In this document: one piece after another, positions 38,022 to 50,225 of the stretch
Position numbering within the stretch: position 1 is the first letter of the stretch
Layout: each line of letters opens with the position of its first letter
Assembly: GCA_964016885.1 (NCBI GenBank)
Contig: OZ024742.1
Coordinates: 233,678,001 to 233,742,000, forward strand
DNA: 64,000 nt
Direction: 5' to 3'
Source of the DNA: Eledone cirrhosa
Lineage: Eukaryota
Made by a program: the position numbers and the translations under genes
The notes under the pieces: model-generated
What the model was told of the DNA's origin: nothing
The model's database searches: none
What the model saw: the letters and a program-made list of their open reading frames with translations, nothing else

Positions 38022-41000
38022 ATGTCTCACACAAAGTCAGTAAATGGCAGAAAGGGCTTGGGATCTTCTGCTGAACAGTTCAAGTCTGGCAGGCGTCCTA
38101 GGATGCTACAGCCTGGGCTTGGTCATTATCCTGCTACTGTGACAAACACAATCAACCATCCCCAAAAACCTAGGGTTAGTATGAAGTTTTCTTGTTGGAA
38201 TGTACGTACTCTCATAAACAACAATAAATCTGAGAGAGCAGAACATCGCACAGCATTAATTGCAAAAGAAATTGGTGAATATGATCTGGACCTTGTTGTA
38301 TTATCTGGGGACACGTCTACCTGGAGATGGCGAAATTACTGAAAAGCCATCAGGTTACAAATTCTTTTGGAAAGGTTTGTCTGAAGGGCAAAAGAAAGAT
38401 TCTAGTGTTTGTTTTGCAATTAAAAACTCAACTCTAGACTGTATCCAAGAATTTCCAAGCAGTCTATCTGAACACATGATATCTTCTGACTCCAGCTAAA
38501 AATTAATTCCTGACAATTGTGAGTGTTTGCACACCAACAATGTCACATTCTATTAAAAGCATTGAAAAATGTTATCAGGATCTTGGGAACCTGGTGCGAA
38601 AAGTTCCAAGAGAAGAGAAACTAGTCATCATGAGTGACTTTAATGCTAGAATGGGAGTAGATGGTGCAACATGGCCTGTTTTGGGGAAGCATGGCACTGA
38701 AAATGCAATGATTATGGACTATCGCTTCTCACATTTTGTACCAAACACTTCAAGGAAAAAGAGAATTATAAAAACACATGGTCTAAGCGCTGGCACCTTC
38801 TTGACTATATATTATTCAAAAGCAGCTGTGAATGCTGTCACTAGTGGGTGAGTAATGAGAGGTACAGAATGTTGGATGGACCATAGGTTTGTTTGAGGGA
38901 AATTCAAGTTCTCAATCTGGCAAAAAATCAGAAAGGCGGGATCTAAAATACTTAGGAGAACAGACACTGCAAGTTTCAAATCCACTATGTTGTTGAAAAG
39001 TTGTCATGGTGGAGTTATGAGTATTACTCTCAATGAAAATAACCTTTGGGAGAGTTTCAAGTCTCAAGTTTATGAAGTTGCATCAAGCACTTTGGGTTTC
39101 AAATCCAAGAAGCTGGCTGTTTTCTTTGCTGGTAATGACCTGGAAGTGTCTAGACTTCTGCATAACAAACAAGAGATGTGCAAACACATTCTAGGAAAGT
39201 CAAAAAATCCCATCAAAAACAGTAAGTTTAAGGCTATTAAATCAAACATTCAGAACAGTCTTCAGCGCAAATGAAGGAAAATTGGTGGCACCAGAAGCTA
39301 ATGAAGCACATGCAGCTGCAGACTACAAAGGCTCTAAAGCCTTCTTTTTGTATACAAAAGAGGTGTTTGGTCCTAGAGCAACAGCGATATCCCCTGTGAG
39401 ATCAATTAATGGACAACAAATCTTTACGGATGTCATATCCATACAGAAACATTGGGTGTAACACTATTCTAATCTGCTTAACAAGCCATCAAATTTAAAT
39501 ATAGACACAGTTGAGACAATGGACAACCTTCCAGTCATCAACGAGCCTTCAGTAGATGATATCACCACAGCTGTGAAGAAGTTAAATAACAATAGATCTC
39601 CCAGTATCGATGATATCAGTGCAGAAATATTGAAATGTTGTGGACAAAAGATGATTGAAATACTACACTCACTACTTTTGCATTGTTGGAGGAAGTACCA
39701 CAGGACTGGGTCGATGCTATTTTAATATTACTTTTTAAATCTGATCCTAAAGATTTATGCAGTAACTTTCATGGCATATCTTTGTTATTTGTTGTTGGAA
39801 AGGTACTCTTGTGTATTCTTTCAGAGCGTCTTCACAAATTCATTATTCTATGAGCTGTGTCAGAATCACAGTGTGGGTTTTTCCCCTTTCACAGGACAGT
39901 TGACATGATTTTCACTATCCACCAGCTACAAGAAAAATGCAAAGAGCAAAACATGGGGTTATATCACTGCTTTGAAGACCTTAGCAAAACGTTTGCCACT
40001 GTTCACAGGACTACATTGTGGTTGATGTTGAAAAAATTTGACTGTCCTGAAAAGTTTGTGAATATGATTAAAGCTCTCCATAAGGATATGAAGGCTCATA
40101 TTAATTCTGGTGGTATTCTTTCAGTACCCTTCACTGTGGAAAATGGAGTAAGGTAGCGCAACCTTGAAGCAGCAACACTCTTCGCCATCTATTTTATAGC
40201 GATGCTGTCAAATACCTTTGCAACATCAACAGACCAAGTCTTTATACAATATCACTCTTCAGGCAATGTGTTCAATTTGACTTGAATGAGATTCAACTCT
40301 AAAGTCTTCACCTCTTTGATCCATGACCTTCTGTATACAGATGACTGTGACTTAATAAGTTATACTGTTGAGGACTTGCAAAGACTGATCAGTGATTTTG
40401 ACGCTGTTTGTGATATGTTCGGTCTTATAATTAATCTGAAAAAGTCTGCTGTATTGCATCAACCTGCTCCCGGGGAGCAGACAACAACACCTCGAATCCT
40501 CATTAAGGGCACAATGCTAAAGATAGTGACTTCTTTTCAATACCTTGGTAGTAGGATACAAGCTGATGGCAAATTGGATACTGAAATCACATCTCGTATA
40601 CAAAAGGCAGCAAAAGCCTTTGGTGGACTTGAAATTAAAGTCTCGTTACAATGTCACATTAAAATGGAGACTGAGATTGCTGTATATATCTAATTTGTGC
40701 TTTCCATACATAGACGTTGTACACACGGCATATTAAAATGTTGGAGCAGTTTCATCAAAAATGCCTCCAGAATATTCCCAAAATAAGCTGGAACACATTC
40801 ATTCCAGACACTGAGATTCTTGCTAGGACAAAAGTTACATCTACTCTAGCTATGCTTATTAGGAATCAATTAAGATGGACATGTCATATGATTCATATGG
40901 GTGGTGGATGCATCCCCAAGAAAATGTTTTATGGTGAACTGAAGCTGGGCACAAGGAGAAATAGTAAGCCAAGGAGGAGATATAGAGACTCTCTAAAAGT

Positions 41001-41810
41001 GAACTTAAAATGCCTTAGTATATCCTACAAAAATCTTGAGTCATCTGCAGCCAATAGAGTGGCCTGGAGAAATGCCATTTGGAATGGATTTAAAGCATTT
41101 GAAATAAAGAGGTTAAAATATGCAGAACTGGAAAGAAAAGTGTGAAAGACCAACAATAATAATTGTTTCTACTTTTGGCACAAGGCCAGCAATTACCCAG
41201 TGCATTACTGGTACTTTATTTTATCAACCCCGTAAGGATGAAAGGTAAAGTTAACCTCGGCGGGATTTGAACTCAGATCATAAAGGGCCGTAACTCTATG
41301 CTGCAAACAATAATAATTGTTTCTACGTTAGGCACAAGGCCACCAATTACCCAGTGTATTACTGGTACTTTATTTTATCGACCCTGTAAGGATGAAAGGC
41401 AAAGTTAACCTCGGCGGGATTTGAACTCAGACCATAAAGGGCCGTAACTCTTTGCTGCAAAGCATAGCGTCAGACCCTCTACCGATACTGCCAATCCACC
41501 ACTGATGAATCTTATGCATCGTTGGTTTTCAAATGCCCTGTGTGCCTTAACTATTCAAACTTTGTTGCAGCGAATCAGTTCCAATGTCATGTTTGTCAGA
41601 AAATTTGCAAATCAGGTGCTGCATTGATTTAAACATACAATAAACAAACCCAAAGTGGAAACAAGAACGAAATAAGACATCATTGTATTATTTGTGAACA
41701 GGTGTTTCACGGGATTTCAGGACTCAAAAGCCATTTGAGATATCATGCCAGGAAGGAACAGACATGAAGTGCAAGAAGTGGTCAAGCTTTGTGTGGAGCA
41801 GACGATCTTC
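38022..41810 (+). mobile_element. Near full-length degenerate RTE LINE interrupted by two SINEs
   Basis: FSCWNVRTL, SDFNARMG, ESQCGF, LLYTDDC, QLRWTCH, then C2H2-like motifs at 41520-41750; many stops/frameshifts; family-A SINEs (-) at 41153-41501. Confidence 0.92.
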
Positions 41811-42818
41811 ATGTATATATGCATGCATGCATGTGTGTATGTGTGTGTGTATATATATATATTATGTCGGGTCACTCTTGAGTGCTACTGGTAACATGTA
41901 ACCCAGTACAACCTGTCGCATGGTCGGGTCGTCGGCGACTACACCGGCAACCCCAACAAATTTACTTGGTGAGGAGGGTGATTTTGGACACCCTGCAGGA
42001 CAAAAAACAAAACCTGACAAAGGGCAGAACTCATAAGAGGCAACGGTCATCCGAAAGTGTGTAAATATGTATATACACATGTACCGCACGGTTAAACCAC
42101 TGGGAGTGAAGGACCCCTAGCCATTGTCAGGGCATTCTTCTAGGAGAAGGCAACTCAGGAAACTGGGATAAAACCTGCGGCTCAGTAGTTACCGATGATG
42201 TTGATCTTTTCTTCTTTTCGGGTTATAGCTACTGTCGCTCAGAGAGTGGGATTGGCTCAGTGCACAGTCTTTCCTCACTTTAAAAAATATCTTCACGCAC
42301 AGGCATTGCACGATAGAATTAATTAATAATTATTAATAATGGTATATCGTGCAATGGTCATACTCGATAACGAGGGGGCAGCCATCATATATATATATAA
42401 GAAACAGGTGTCGGTGTTAATACATACTTTTAACACTGAAGATCTAATTCACGTCTAGTAAATATAGTAATATATTATTACTCACCAACGGAGTATATGT
42501 ATATATATATATATTTATGGGGGGGGGGGGGCTTGCGTTTGTAAAACATATCAAAAAGTGGGCTGAGAATACTCTTCAGTTATGTCAAGGCACAACAACC
42601 TCTCTAGTGTTGGTGACATGATAAAACGCACCCAATTCAGACAGACAGACACACACATGATTACCTATACATAAGACGTTAAGATCCATACATCATATTA
42701 ACCACCTAGCTGATTAAGTTCTATTTGGTTTATACGGCCGATTTCTGTTTCGAAGGAGGTTTTCATGTCAGTCAAACCTCCTCTCTTCAAGTGAAACTGT
42801 GATATCTCGAAAATTGAT

Positions 42819-44309
42819 TCAAAATCTAAAGAATTTGCATTTATTAGCTGATGTGGGAATGTCAGGTTGTGATTGGTGCGTTGTGAAAGACTGTGATAGG
42901 CTGCACTCAAATTTTTCCTGTAGACGTTCGTTTTCTTCCTCGAGGAACTTTAACCGAACCTTCTGCTTGGACTGGGAACAATTCAGCTCGTAGATGATCT
43001 CCGACTGTTCACCGTTCTTTAAAATAAGTTCTCGGCGTTCTTCGACCAACTTTCTGTAGCTGGCTTCCTTCTCTTCTCGCAGCTCGTGTTCCTGTGTAAC
43101 CATGGACCTAGCGACCAGTACGTCCTGTTCCAAGTGATACAACTGTTCTTTCAGGAGGTTCTTTTCCTGGTTGTACATCTGCGTAGCTCTCAGGAACTTT
43201 GTACAGATTCGAAGCTTGCTATCTTCGTACTTTTCCTGCTGCATCTCCTGCCGTTCGTTAGCAGCAAACAGCGCTATCTTTAAGTCAGTGATCTCCCTCT
43301 GAAGCTGGTGTACGTCACACGTATTGCAACTGCTGGGCTCTTTATTGCTGTGCTGCTGCCACAGAGTATAAATCATTTCCTTCTGCATGTTCTGTATCTC
43401 TTGTTTTAAATCATTCTGACTCTGCAGCAGCCGTCTGCTACGGGCCTTTTCTTTATCCAGTCGTTGTTTGTACAGCTTCAGTTTCTTTTCAGCTTTCGAA
43501 AGGGTGGTTTTCAGTTTATTCAAGTCTTCCAGTGCTATCGCTTTACCATGTTGTTGTGGAATCAAGCTCTGGAATTCATCTTCATACAGATTACATTGAC
43601 AAAGTTTACAAACAGGTAAGCAGGCAATATTGTTGCTGTTATTAATACTATTTCTCATTGAACTGTCGACACTGAGTTGTGTCTGTATAAAAATAGTAGG
43701 CAGTTGTGCCACTCCGTCGTTTTGTTGTAATCGAAGAACTTCTTTTTGTCTGGCTTCCAGTTCCTCCCCCAATTCAAAATTCTCCTGCGAAATCTTCTCT
43801 AGATGCTCGTGCTGCAGCTGATTGGCTTTTCGGCAGACCATGGTTTGGCAGCTACGAATCATTCTCTCTTTGGTATGGCTTGGTTCTTTACTAAGAGTCT
43901 GATTGTATGAGACTACATCGAGTTTCACTTCACTACATTGTAGTGGCTGGTCTTTGTTTGTTACTTTTAAACATTTCATCTTCTCCATACCATCTTGTTC
44001 ATCATCACCACCATCACTATAATCATCTTCTTCGGCATCTTTTTCTTTTATTCTTCCTGCTGTTTGTTCCTCTTCTCCTTCCTTGTCACGATCGCCATCA
44101 CCATCTTCATCTTTATCTACTCCACTTTTGCCAGAGAATGTTCCGAAACAAATGTTCTGGTGGATATCCGGTTCTGTAATTGCCAGAGGAATATCCTGAG
44201 GGTTGGAGTTATATCTATTGCTAACGTCCTCAGCGGAGTCATCTTCTTCCAGAAATACCGGCGGCGACGGTGGTGGTGTTGATGATGATGCAGATGGCTG
44301 TGACTGCAT
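42819..44309 (-). CDS. Intronless 496-aa coiled-coil ORF, CCDC30-like, nested in formin intron (retrogene or processed pseudogene)
   Basis: Uninterrupted 1491-nt ORF; acidic low-complexity N-part; C-part QQEKYEDSKLR..KFLRA..LEQDV..RKLVEERRELI..RLKFLEEENERLQ resembles the CCDC30 C-terminus (from memory). Confidence 0.7.
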   Translation of the reverse strand: MQSQPSASSSTPPPSPPVFLEEDDSAEDVSNRYNSNPQDIPLAITEPDIHQNICFGTFSGKSGVDKDEDGDGDRDKEGEEEQTAGRIKEKDAEEDDYSDGGDDEQDGMEKMKCLKVTNKDQPLQCSEVKLDVVSYNQTLSKEPSHTKERMIRSCQTMVCRKANQLQHEHLEKISQENFELGEELEARQKEVLRLQQNDGVAQLPTIFIQTQLSVDSSMRNSINNSNNIACLPVCKLCQCNLYEDEFQSLIPQQHGKAIALEDLNKLKTTLSKAEKKLKLYKQRLDKEKARSRRLLQSQNDLKQEIQNMQKEMIYTLWQQHSNKEPSSCNTCDVHQLQREITDLKIALFAANERQEMQQEKYEDSKLRICTKFLRATQMYNQEKNLLKEQLYHLEQDVLVARSMVTQEHELREEKEASYRKLVEERRELILKNGEQSEIIYELNCSQSKQKVRLKFLEEENERLQEKFECSLSQSFTTHQSQPDIPTSANKCKFFRF

Positions 44310-44625
44310 CTTGTACCAACATTGATACCTCTTCCAGTTCCTGCAAGACAGATGCCAACTTCTCGAAAATGTCTTCTATCGACACCGTCACCGTCCGTAG
44401 ACACTTAGAAATCTCTTGCCTAGCAGAGTTCACGTATAGCAGTCCGTTTTCTGCCTTCCTCGCGTCGATCCGAACTTTGTCCAGCTTCTCTTCCGTGTTC
44501 GTTTGTTCTGCGACGCTCGATTGCAGTCTACTGCATGCGCGCGTCACTCAACTCTGTCTCCATTTCCGCCAGCCTTGTAGAAAAGTTTCTTTTGATTCCA
44601 ATAAGTTTAGGTCTCCTCCTGGAAT
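44239..44625 (-). pseudogene. Disabled coiled-coil sequence directly 5' of the nested ORF
   Basis: Helical peptides TRLAEMETELSDARMQ* and RLQSSVAEQTNTEEKLDKV...IFEKLASVLQELEEV occur in different frames, with stops and frameshifts. Confidence 0.55.
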
Positions 44626-44960
44626 TTTATTCAGAATAATTCTGTTTCCCTTCATGTTCCTCGCAAGCATATTTACCAAGAGCATCTTCTCTACCTCAGG
44701 ACAATCTATAAAAAAGCTAAGGATGAAAAGGTTCAGATGGAAAATGTTCATCGGCGTGAAATGGAAGCAGTAGACTAATATGTAAGGCATATACAACAAT
44801 TGTCTGAAAGTGGTGCGATTACCTTAAGGACCCTAGAATTTGAAAATAAAGAACTCAGTGATAGAATCACAGATAGTTTACGACCAAAACTCAGTTCAAA
44901 AGGATTTGAGAAAAATACTGGAAGACATCGGATTCCATTCAATAGTGGATCGAAAATACT
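44626..44960 (+). pseudogene. Inverted N-terminal fragment of the CCDC30-like copy
   Basis: + frame from 44641: ...YQEHLLYLRTIYKKAKDEKVQMENVHRREMEAVD*YVRHIQQLSES...TLEFENKELSDRI, frameshift, VQKDLRKILEDIG; resembles CCDC30 N-terminal EMxEVExYVxHIRxLxEER..EFExENEQL. Confidence 0.6.
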
Positions 44961-45273
44961 TTTATATATCTATGTATGCAAAATATATGTATATATGTAT
45001 TTATGTATGTATTTATGTAAAATGCATGTATTTATGCATTTATGCAAAAGGCATGTATATGTATTTAGGTATATAAAATGCATATAAAATGTATGCATAC
45101 ATGCATATGTATACGCATGTATATATATATATGTGTAAAATGTATGTATATATGTAAAAAACATGTATAAAACGTATACTCTTTTACTCTTTTACCTGTT
45201 CAAGCCATCCCGCTAAGGCCATGTGGGGCACCGCCCTTGTATGTAAAATAAATGTATGTATGTAAAATCATAC

Positions 45274-45353
45274 CTGTGTGTCATACTAGCATTTATTTGA
45301 AACAGACTCTGTAGAATGGAAACAAAAGCAGCAGATATTGGTGAGTCTCGAAC
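45274..45353 (-). CDS. INF2: INF2-like formin, dimerisation-domain exon
   Basis: attttag|VRDSPISAAFVSILQSLFQINASMTH(ag)|gtatga; resembles INF2 VSCSPVSAQLLSVLQGLL; phase 0->2. Confidence 0.85.
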
Positions 45354-46309
45354 CTAAAATATATATAGAAGATATATATGTATATAACGACACATATAAA
45401 GTACAACTTTACAAACCTTTAACTCAAAATATTAAAGAATGTTTTTTGAAATTTTGTTATTCTAGTTTGATAATCGATACTAGCAGAGCTGGTAACCTCT
45501 AAAAAACCCAAACGGGGAGTACCATGAAAAAAGTGCCCCAAAACGGGGAGACATTTTTCAAGCAAAATGGAGAGATTTTACATAATGAAAGCTATTACCC
45601 ATTTTCATAAGAGAAGACATCACTCACCCACCACAAAGTGGATCGGAGATCTTCCCGTCGGACGGATCTGTATGAGTGTAATTCGCATTTACATAACCTG
45701 TGTGCTTTGTGTGAGTCGGTAAGTTTCACAACACAGATTTGCATGAATAATTATCAGCAATTCTCACATTATTGGTGGATTGGCAGTATCGGTACAGAGT
45801 CGGACGCCATGCTTTGCAGCAAAGAGTTACGGCCCTTTATGGTCTGAGTTCAAATCCGGCCGAGTTTAACTTTGCCTTTCATCCTTACGTGGTCAATAAA
45901 ATAAAGCACCAGTAATACACTGGGATAATTGCTGGCCTTGTGCCAAAAAGTAGAAACTATTATTTTCAAGCAACCCCTATAAAAAAAATACTAGTAAATG
46001 CAATAAAAATATTATTCCTTGTTGTTAAAAATACGTTACTGATTATTGACAAAAATTTTTATTTTAGTTGAAGTATAAGCATTTTGATAAAGAATAATAA
46101 GGCAAAATGTTGTCAGAAGCCTAAGTTACAGCTATTCATAAGGCAGTAAAATCAAAACAAAATACTTAAAAAGCAGAACATAGTAACTGTTTCTTGTGGT
46201 TGTATTTTAGTGGGGTGTTAAGTTGCTGATCACTCGATCATGAAGCAGGTGTAATGTTGACAATTATATCTATATATATATATGAATCAGTGTTCAAGTC
46301 TCAGACCTG

Positions 46310-46665
46310 TACAGATGGTGGATGGGTGCTACACGAGAATGCTGAGTATGACTGAACATTAATCTGAGGATGAAGAACTCGGAGCTGTACGGGAGCCTCC
46401 CCAAAAGTCAGCTAGAATGTAGCACAGAGGAGACTGGGGTTAGTTAGACATGTTCACCGACATCCAGAGTTGACACTGCACTCAGTGCTCCTGTGGGATC
46501 CCCTGCACGGACTCACTAGAAGAGGGAGACCGATGTTGACATATGGTGATGCCCCAAGGACAGACACTGGTCTCATGGAGACGCAGGACATGGCAGCTGT
46601 GATGAGGGATAGAAACCGCTGGAGAGAACTCGTCCATGGATCTCTGGAATTTTACCCGCCCTAGA
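46310..46665 (+). mobile_element. RTE LINE 3' end
   Basis: VLLWDPLHGLTRRGRPMLTY...MRDRNRWRELV* then (taga)n. Confidence 0.75.
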
Positions 46666-47335
46666 TAGATAGTTATATGAATCACTGCCTCTTTACGGAC
46701 AACTGACGAACACCAGGTCCGAACACAGAAGAGCCAAACTCCCAGTTTCATCGTCTCCATCTCTCTCGCCCTCCTCTCTGTATTATCAGCAAATGGGGTC
46801 CCACGTGTTGGCCGCCCTACGGACCCGGCGGACAGAAGACGTTTCCCCGGAGGATAAGGGAGATACGCTGGAAGAGCCATTCCATCTGGCGAGGCCTACA
46901 CCTGCGGCTAGCCAGCCAGCGCCTATGGTGGTAAGTAGGACACCAGAAGTCTCCACTGTTAGGGGCTCTGCTGATTTTATAAAATATAGATTATAAACGT
47001 TATATCATACAATCAATACAACTGAGAGAAATGAAAATAATCTTTGCGATTTTTTCTAATTATTAATTCCATTAATATCAAGCCCTCTTAATATTTTAAT
47101 CTGTATCATCTAAAGGATTGGTTGGTTTCTTTTATCTTTTAGGTTTTCATTTCAAACATGAAATATTTCGCTACGTCACTTCTTTTTTTTTTTTTTTGTA
47201 ATATTTCATAAACTGTTAATATTTTTTAAAGATTTAAATATAATCTATATCTCACCAAGAGAATGATGCAGAACTTTCAGTGGAAGGGACGTAATAGCTA
47301 TAAACAAGGTAATAATTACCTCCCTTTATCTTTTA

Positions 47336-48302
47336 TTATAATTGTTTCTACTTTTGGCACAAGGCCAGCAATAACCCATTGCATTACCGGTACTTTATTT
47401 TATCGACCCCGTAAGGATGAAAGGCAAAGTTAACCTCGGCGGAATTTGAACTCAGAATAGCAAGGGCCGTAACTCTATGCGTCAAAGAATGGCGTCCGAC
47501 CTTCTACCGATACTACCAATTCACATAATGGATTCAAATCCCGCCAAGGTTAACTTTGCCTTTCATCCTTACGGGGTCGATAAAATAAAGTACCAGTAAT
47601 GTACTGGGTAATTGCTGGCCTTGTGCCTAACGTAGAAATAATTATTATTATAATGGATTGGCGGTGAATTGGCAGTCTGAGTTCAAATCCCGCCGAGGTT
47701 AACTTTGCATTTCATCCTTACGGGGTCGATAAAATAAAGTACCAGTAATGCTGGCTTTGTGCTAAAAAGTGGAAACAATTATAATAAAGGCGTATTCATT
47801 ATTATCAGTATCGGTAGAGGGTCGGACGCCATGCTTTGTAGCACAGAATTACGACCCTTGCCATTCTGAGTTCAAATCCCACCGAGGTTAACTTTGCCTT
47901 TCGTCCTTACGGGGTCGATAAAATAAAGTAGCAGTAATACACTGGGTAATTGCTGGCCTTGTGCCAAAAGTAGAAACAATTATTATAAAGGCGTATATAA
48001 ATCTAAATAAAATATGTTTATGTATAATAAATAAAAATTTAGTATTGTGAGTATTTTAAGCTGTGATATCATGTCACAGCTATTGGGGTATTCTGTTCTG
48101 TAAGTCTATTTTTAAACATAATTGTTTCTAGTTTTGGCACAAGGCCAGCAATTACCCAGTGTATTACTGATACTTTATTTTATCAACCCCATAAGGATGA
48201 AAGGCAAAGTTAACCTCGGCGGGATTTGAACTCAGAATGGCAAGGGCCGTAACTCTATACGTCAAAGCATGGCGTTCGACCCTCTACCGTTACTGCCAAT
48301 CC
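47336..48302. mobile_element. Cluster of five family-A SINEs (-,+,+,+,-)
   Basis: Highly similar copies at 47336-47525, 47530-47650, 47661-47782, 47806-47985, 48119-48302. Confidence 0.9.
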
Positions 48303-48414
48303 AATATCCGAAACAATGACAGACTGCCGTTAAACCTTTTATTGCCTGCCCATTTGTTCGATAGAGTATATTAGACTGAAAATCAAGCAATAAAATTTAA
48401 AATATTTCAATTAC

Positions 48415-48596
48415 CCGGTTGTAAATAGCTGTGAACAGTTCTTGTGGGTTATTAACATTGACATTGCCATCTTTCATTTCCTCCAGAGCTTCCTGATCAG
48501 CTGACATCTCATCTTTGAAAACATCCCATTGTATTTGAAAGTCAGGATTGTCAATATTTTCACAGACTGCCGTTATTGTCTCTTCTATATTCAATG
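48415..48596 (-). CDS. INF2: INF2-like formin, DID/dimerisation exon
   Basis: ALNIEETITAVCENIDNPDFQIQWDVFKDEMSADQEALEE...NNPQELFTAIYNR|gtaatt; phase 1->0; acceptor (tattgaag) is weak. Confidence 0.85.
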
Positions 48597-49211
48597 CTTC
48601 AATAGATATTAAGTAATCTTGTTTACATCATCTTGAAAGAGGAATCTTCATACAATAAAAAAAATATTGTAACTCTGCACAAAGAAATATTCTCGATTAT
48701 AATTTTAACAATATTAATAATCTATGAGACCATAAATTATTAGAAATTACAAATCATTGATTAAATGCTTTGTAAAAGTTTGTTATATTCCAGCTACTAA
48801 GTTCTGAGTTCAGTTGGGTTTCATTACTCAAAGAATGGTACCATAAATGTCAGTAAATTACTATCTTTGATTTAATAGTCCAATGTTTATTTTAAGAAAA
48901 TTTAAAAACTTAGCAAATCTTTGAGGAAAGTGCTATGACCCGGTATTTAATGTTCTGAGTCTGAGAAATATTTGTAATGGCTGTTTTTAACAGTTTATGA
49001 GTACTTTAAGTATTTTAACCATCATTTACCTATGTAAGCTTACAGCACAAAATTAGATTTAGAACTACACAAGTAGGATCAATAGAAAGTTAAAATAATC
49101 ACTTTAATAGTCCACATCAGTCTCTTCCAATAGGCATTAGCCTCTCTTGATATTTTTTCATATATTTTAAATTTTAAAAAGAAGAACCACGATTTAAATG
49201 TAAATGTAATT

Positions 49212-49843
49212 TTTTCTTCTTTGTCCACTTGTTCTTGGGAGGGTTGTGGGGGCAGAGTCCTCAAACACTCCTTCCAGTGGGTCCTGTCAGAACCAACCAT
49301 CTCCAATTGATCCAGCTAAGCTCATGGATGTTATCCAGCCATCAGCATTCAGTCATCAGAAGAAGGGAGGTAGGGGTAAAAGTCAAAGTTGCTATCTTCA
49401 ATTCGGTATTTGCGCCAACCCTTACCTATGGTCATGAATCTTGGGTAATGACCAAAAGAATACGATTGCGAATACAAGCGGCCAAAATGGGGTTCCTCAG
49501 AAGGGTCACTGGAGTAATGTTACTCAATAGAGTGCATAGCTTGGAGATCAGAGAACTGCTCCAGGTAGAGCCACTACTTCTCTGAATTGAGAGATCACAG
49601 CTCTGATACTATGGGCATGCGGTGAGAATGTCTCAGGGAAGAATCGATGGACAGATTTTATGGCCAAAACCAACCTACAGGAGACCCAGAGCAAGATGGC
49701 TAGATAACATCCATGAGCTTGGCTGATCTTGCTTGGGGATCCAGCTGGATCAGTTGGAGATGGTTGCTTCTGACAGGACTTGCTGGAAGGAGTGTTTGAA
49801 AACTCTTCCCCCTCTCAGGAATAAGTAGGCAAAGAAGAAGAAG
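49212..49843. mobile_element. Two head-to-head RTE 3' fragments
   Basis: + copy 49344-49843 (PTLTYGHESW...RIQAAKMGFLRRV, (gaa)n tail); diverged inverted copy of the same tail at 49212-49343. Confidence 0.75.
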
Positions 49844-50225
49844 GTGGTGGTGACGGTTGTGGTTGTTGTTATTGTTATTATTATTAATTCTGTAAATTTT
49901 GTTCTAATTCATAGTTCAACTTTTTCATCTTATTTTAATCTTCTTTATAATAAACATGCTGCAAAAGTTGATAAGAATGTTTATGACAAGGTCTCTAATC
50001 TAAAAATTACATTATTTAAAAAAGTGAAAAAATAACTCTCCTGTTCTCAGTTAACTTTAGTAAAGATTGTGACAGTACTGGCTAATGAGATCTTCTTCTG
50101 TCGTGTTGCATAATCCTCATGATATTTGTATTTTAACTCTTCACATCCTGTAGAGATATTATGCCACTATGATTGCATGACATTAAGAATTAGTCTTTAC
50201 TTTAGTTTACTGCACATTTTCACAA

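Noticed and set aside
44548-44550. In-frame TGA between ORFs 44548-44799 and 44239-44547 as readthrough or selenocysteine
   Set aside because: Most of the upstream ORF is the antisense of the + strand fragment, and neighbouring frameshifts indicate decay rather than recoding
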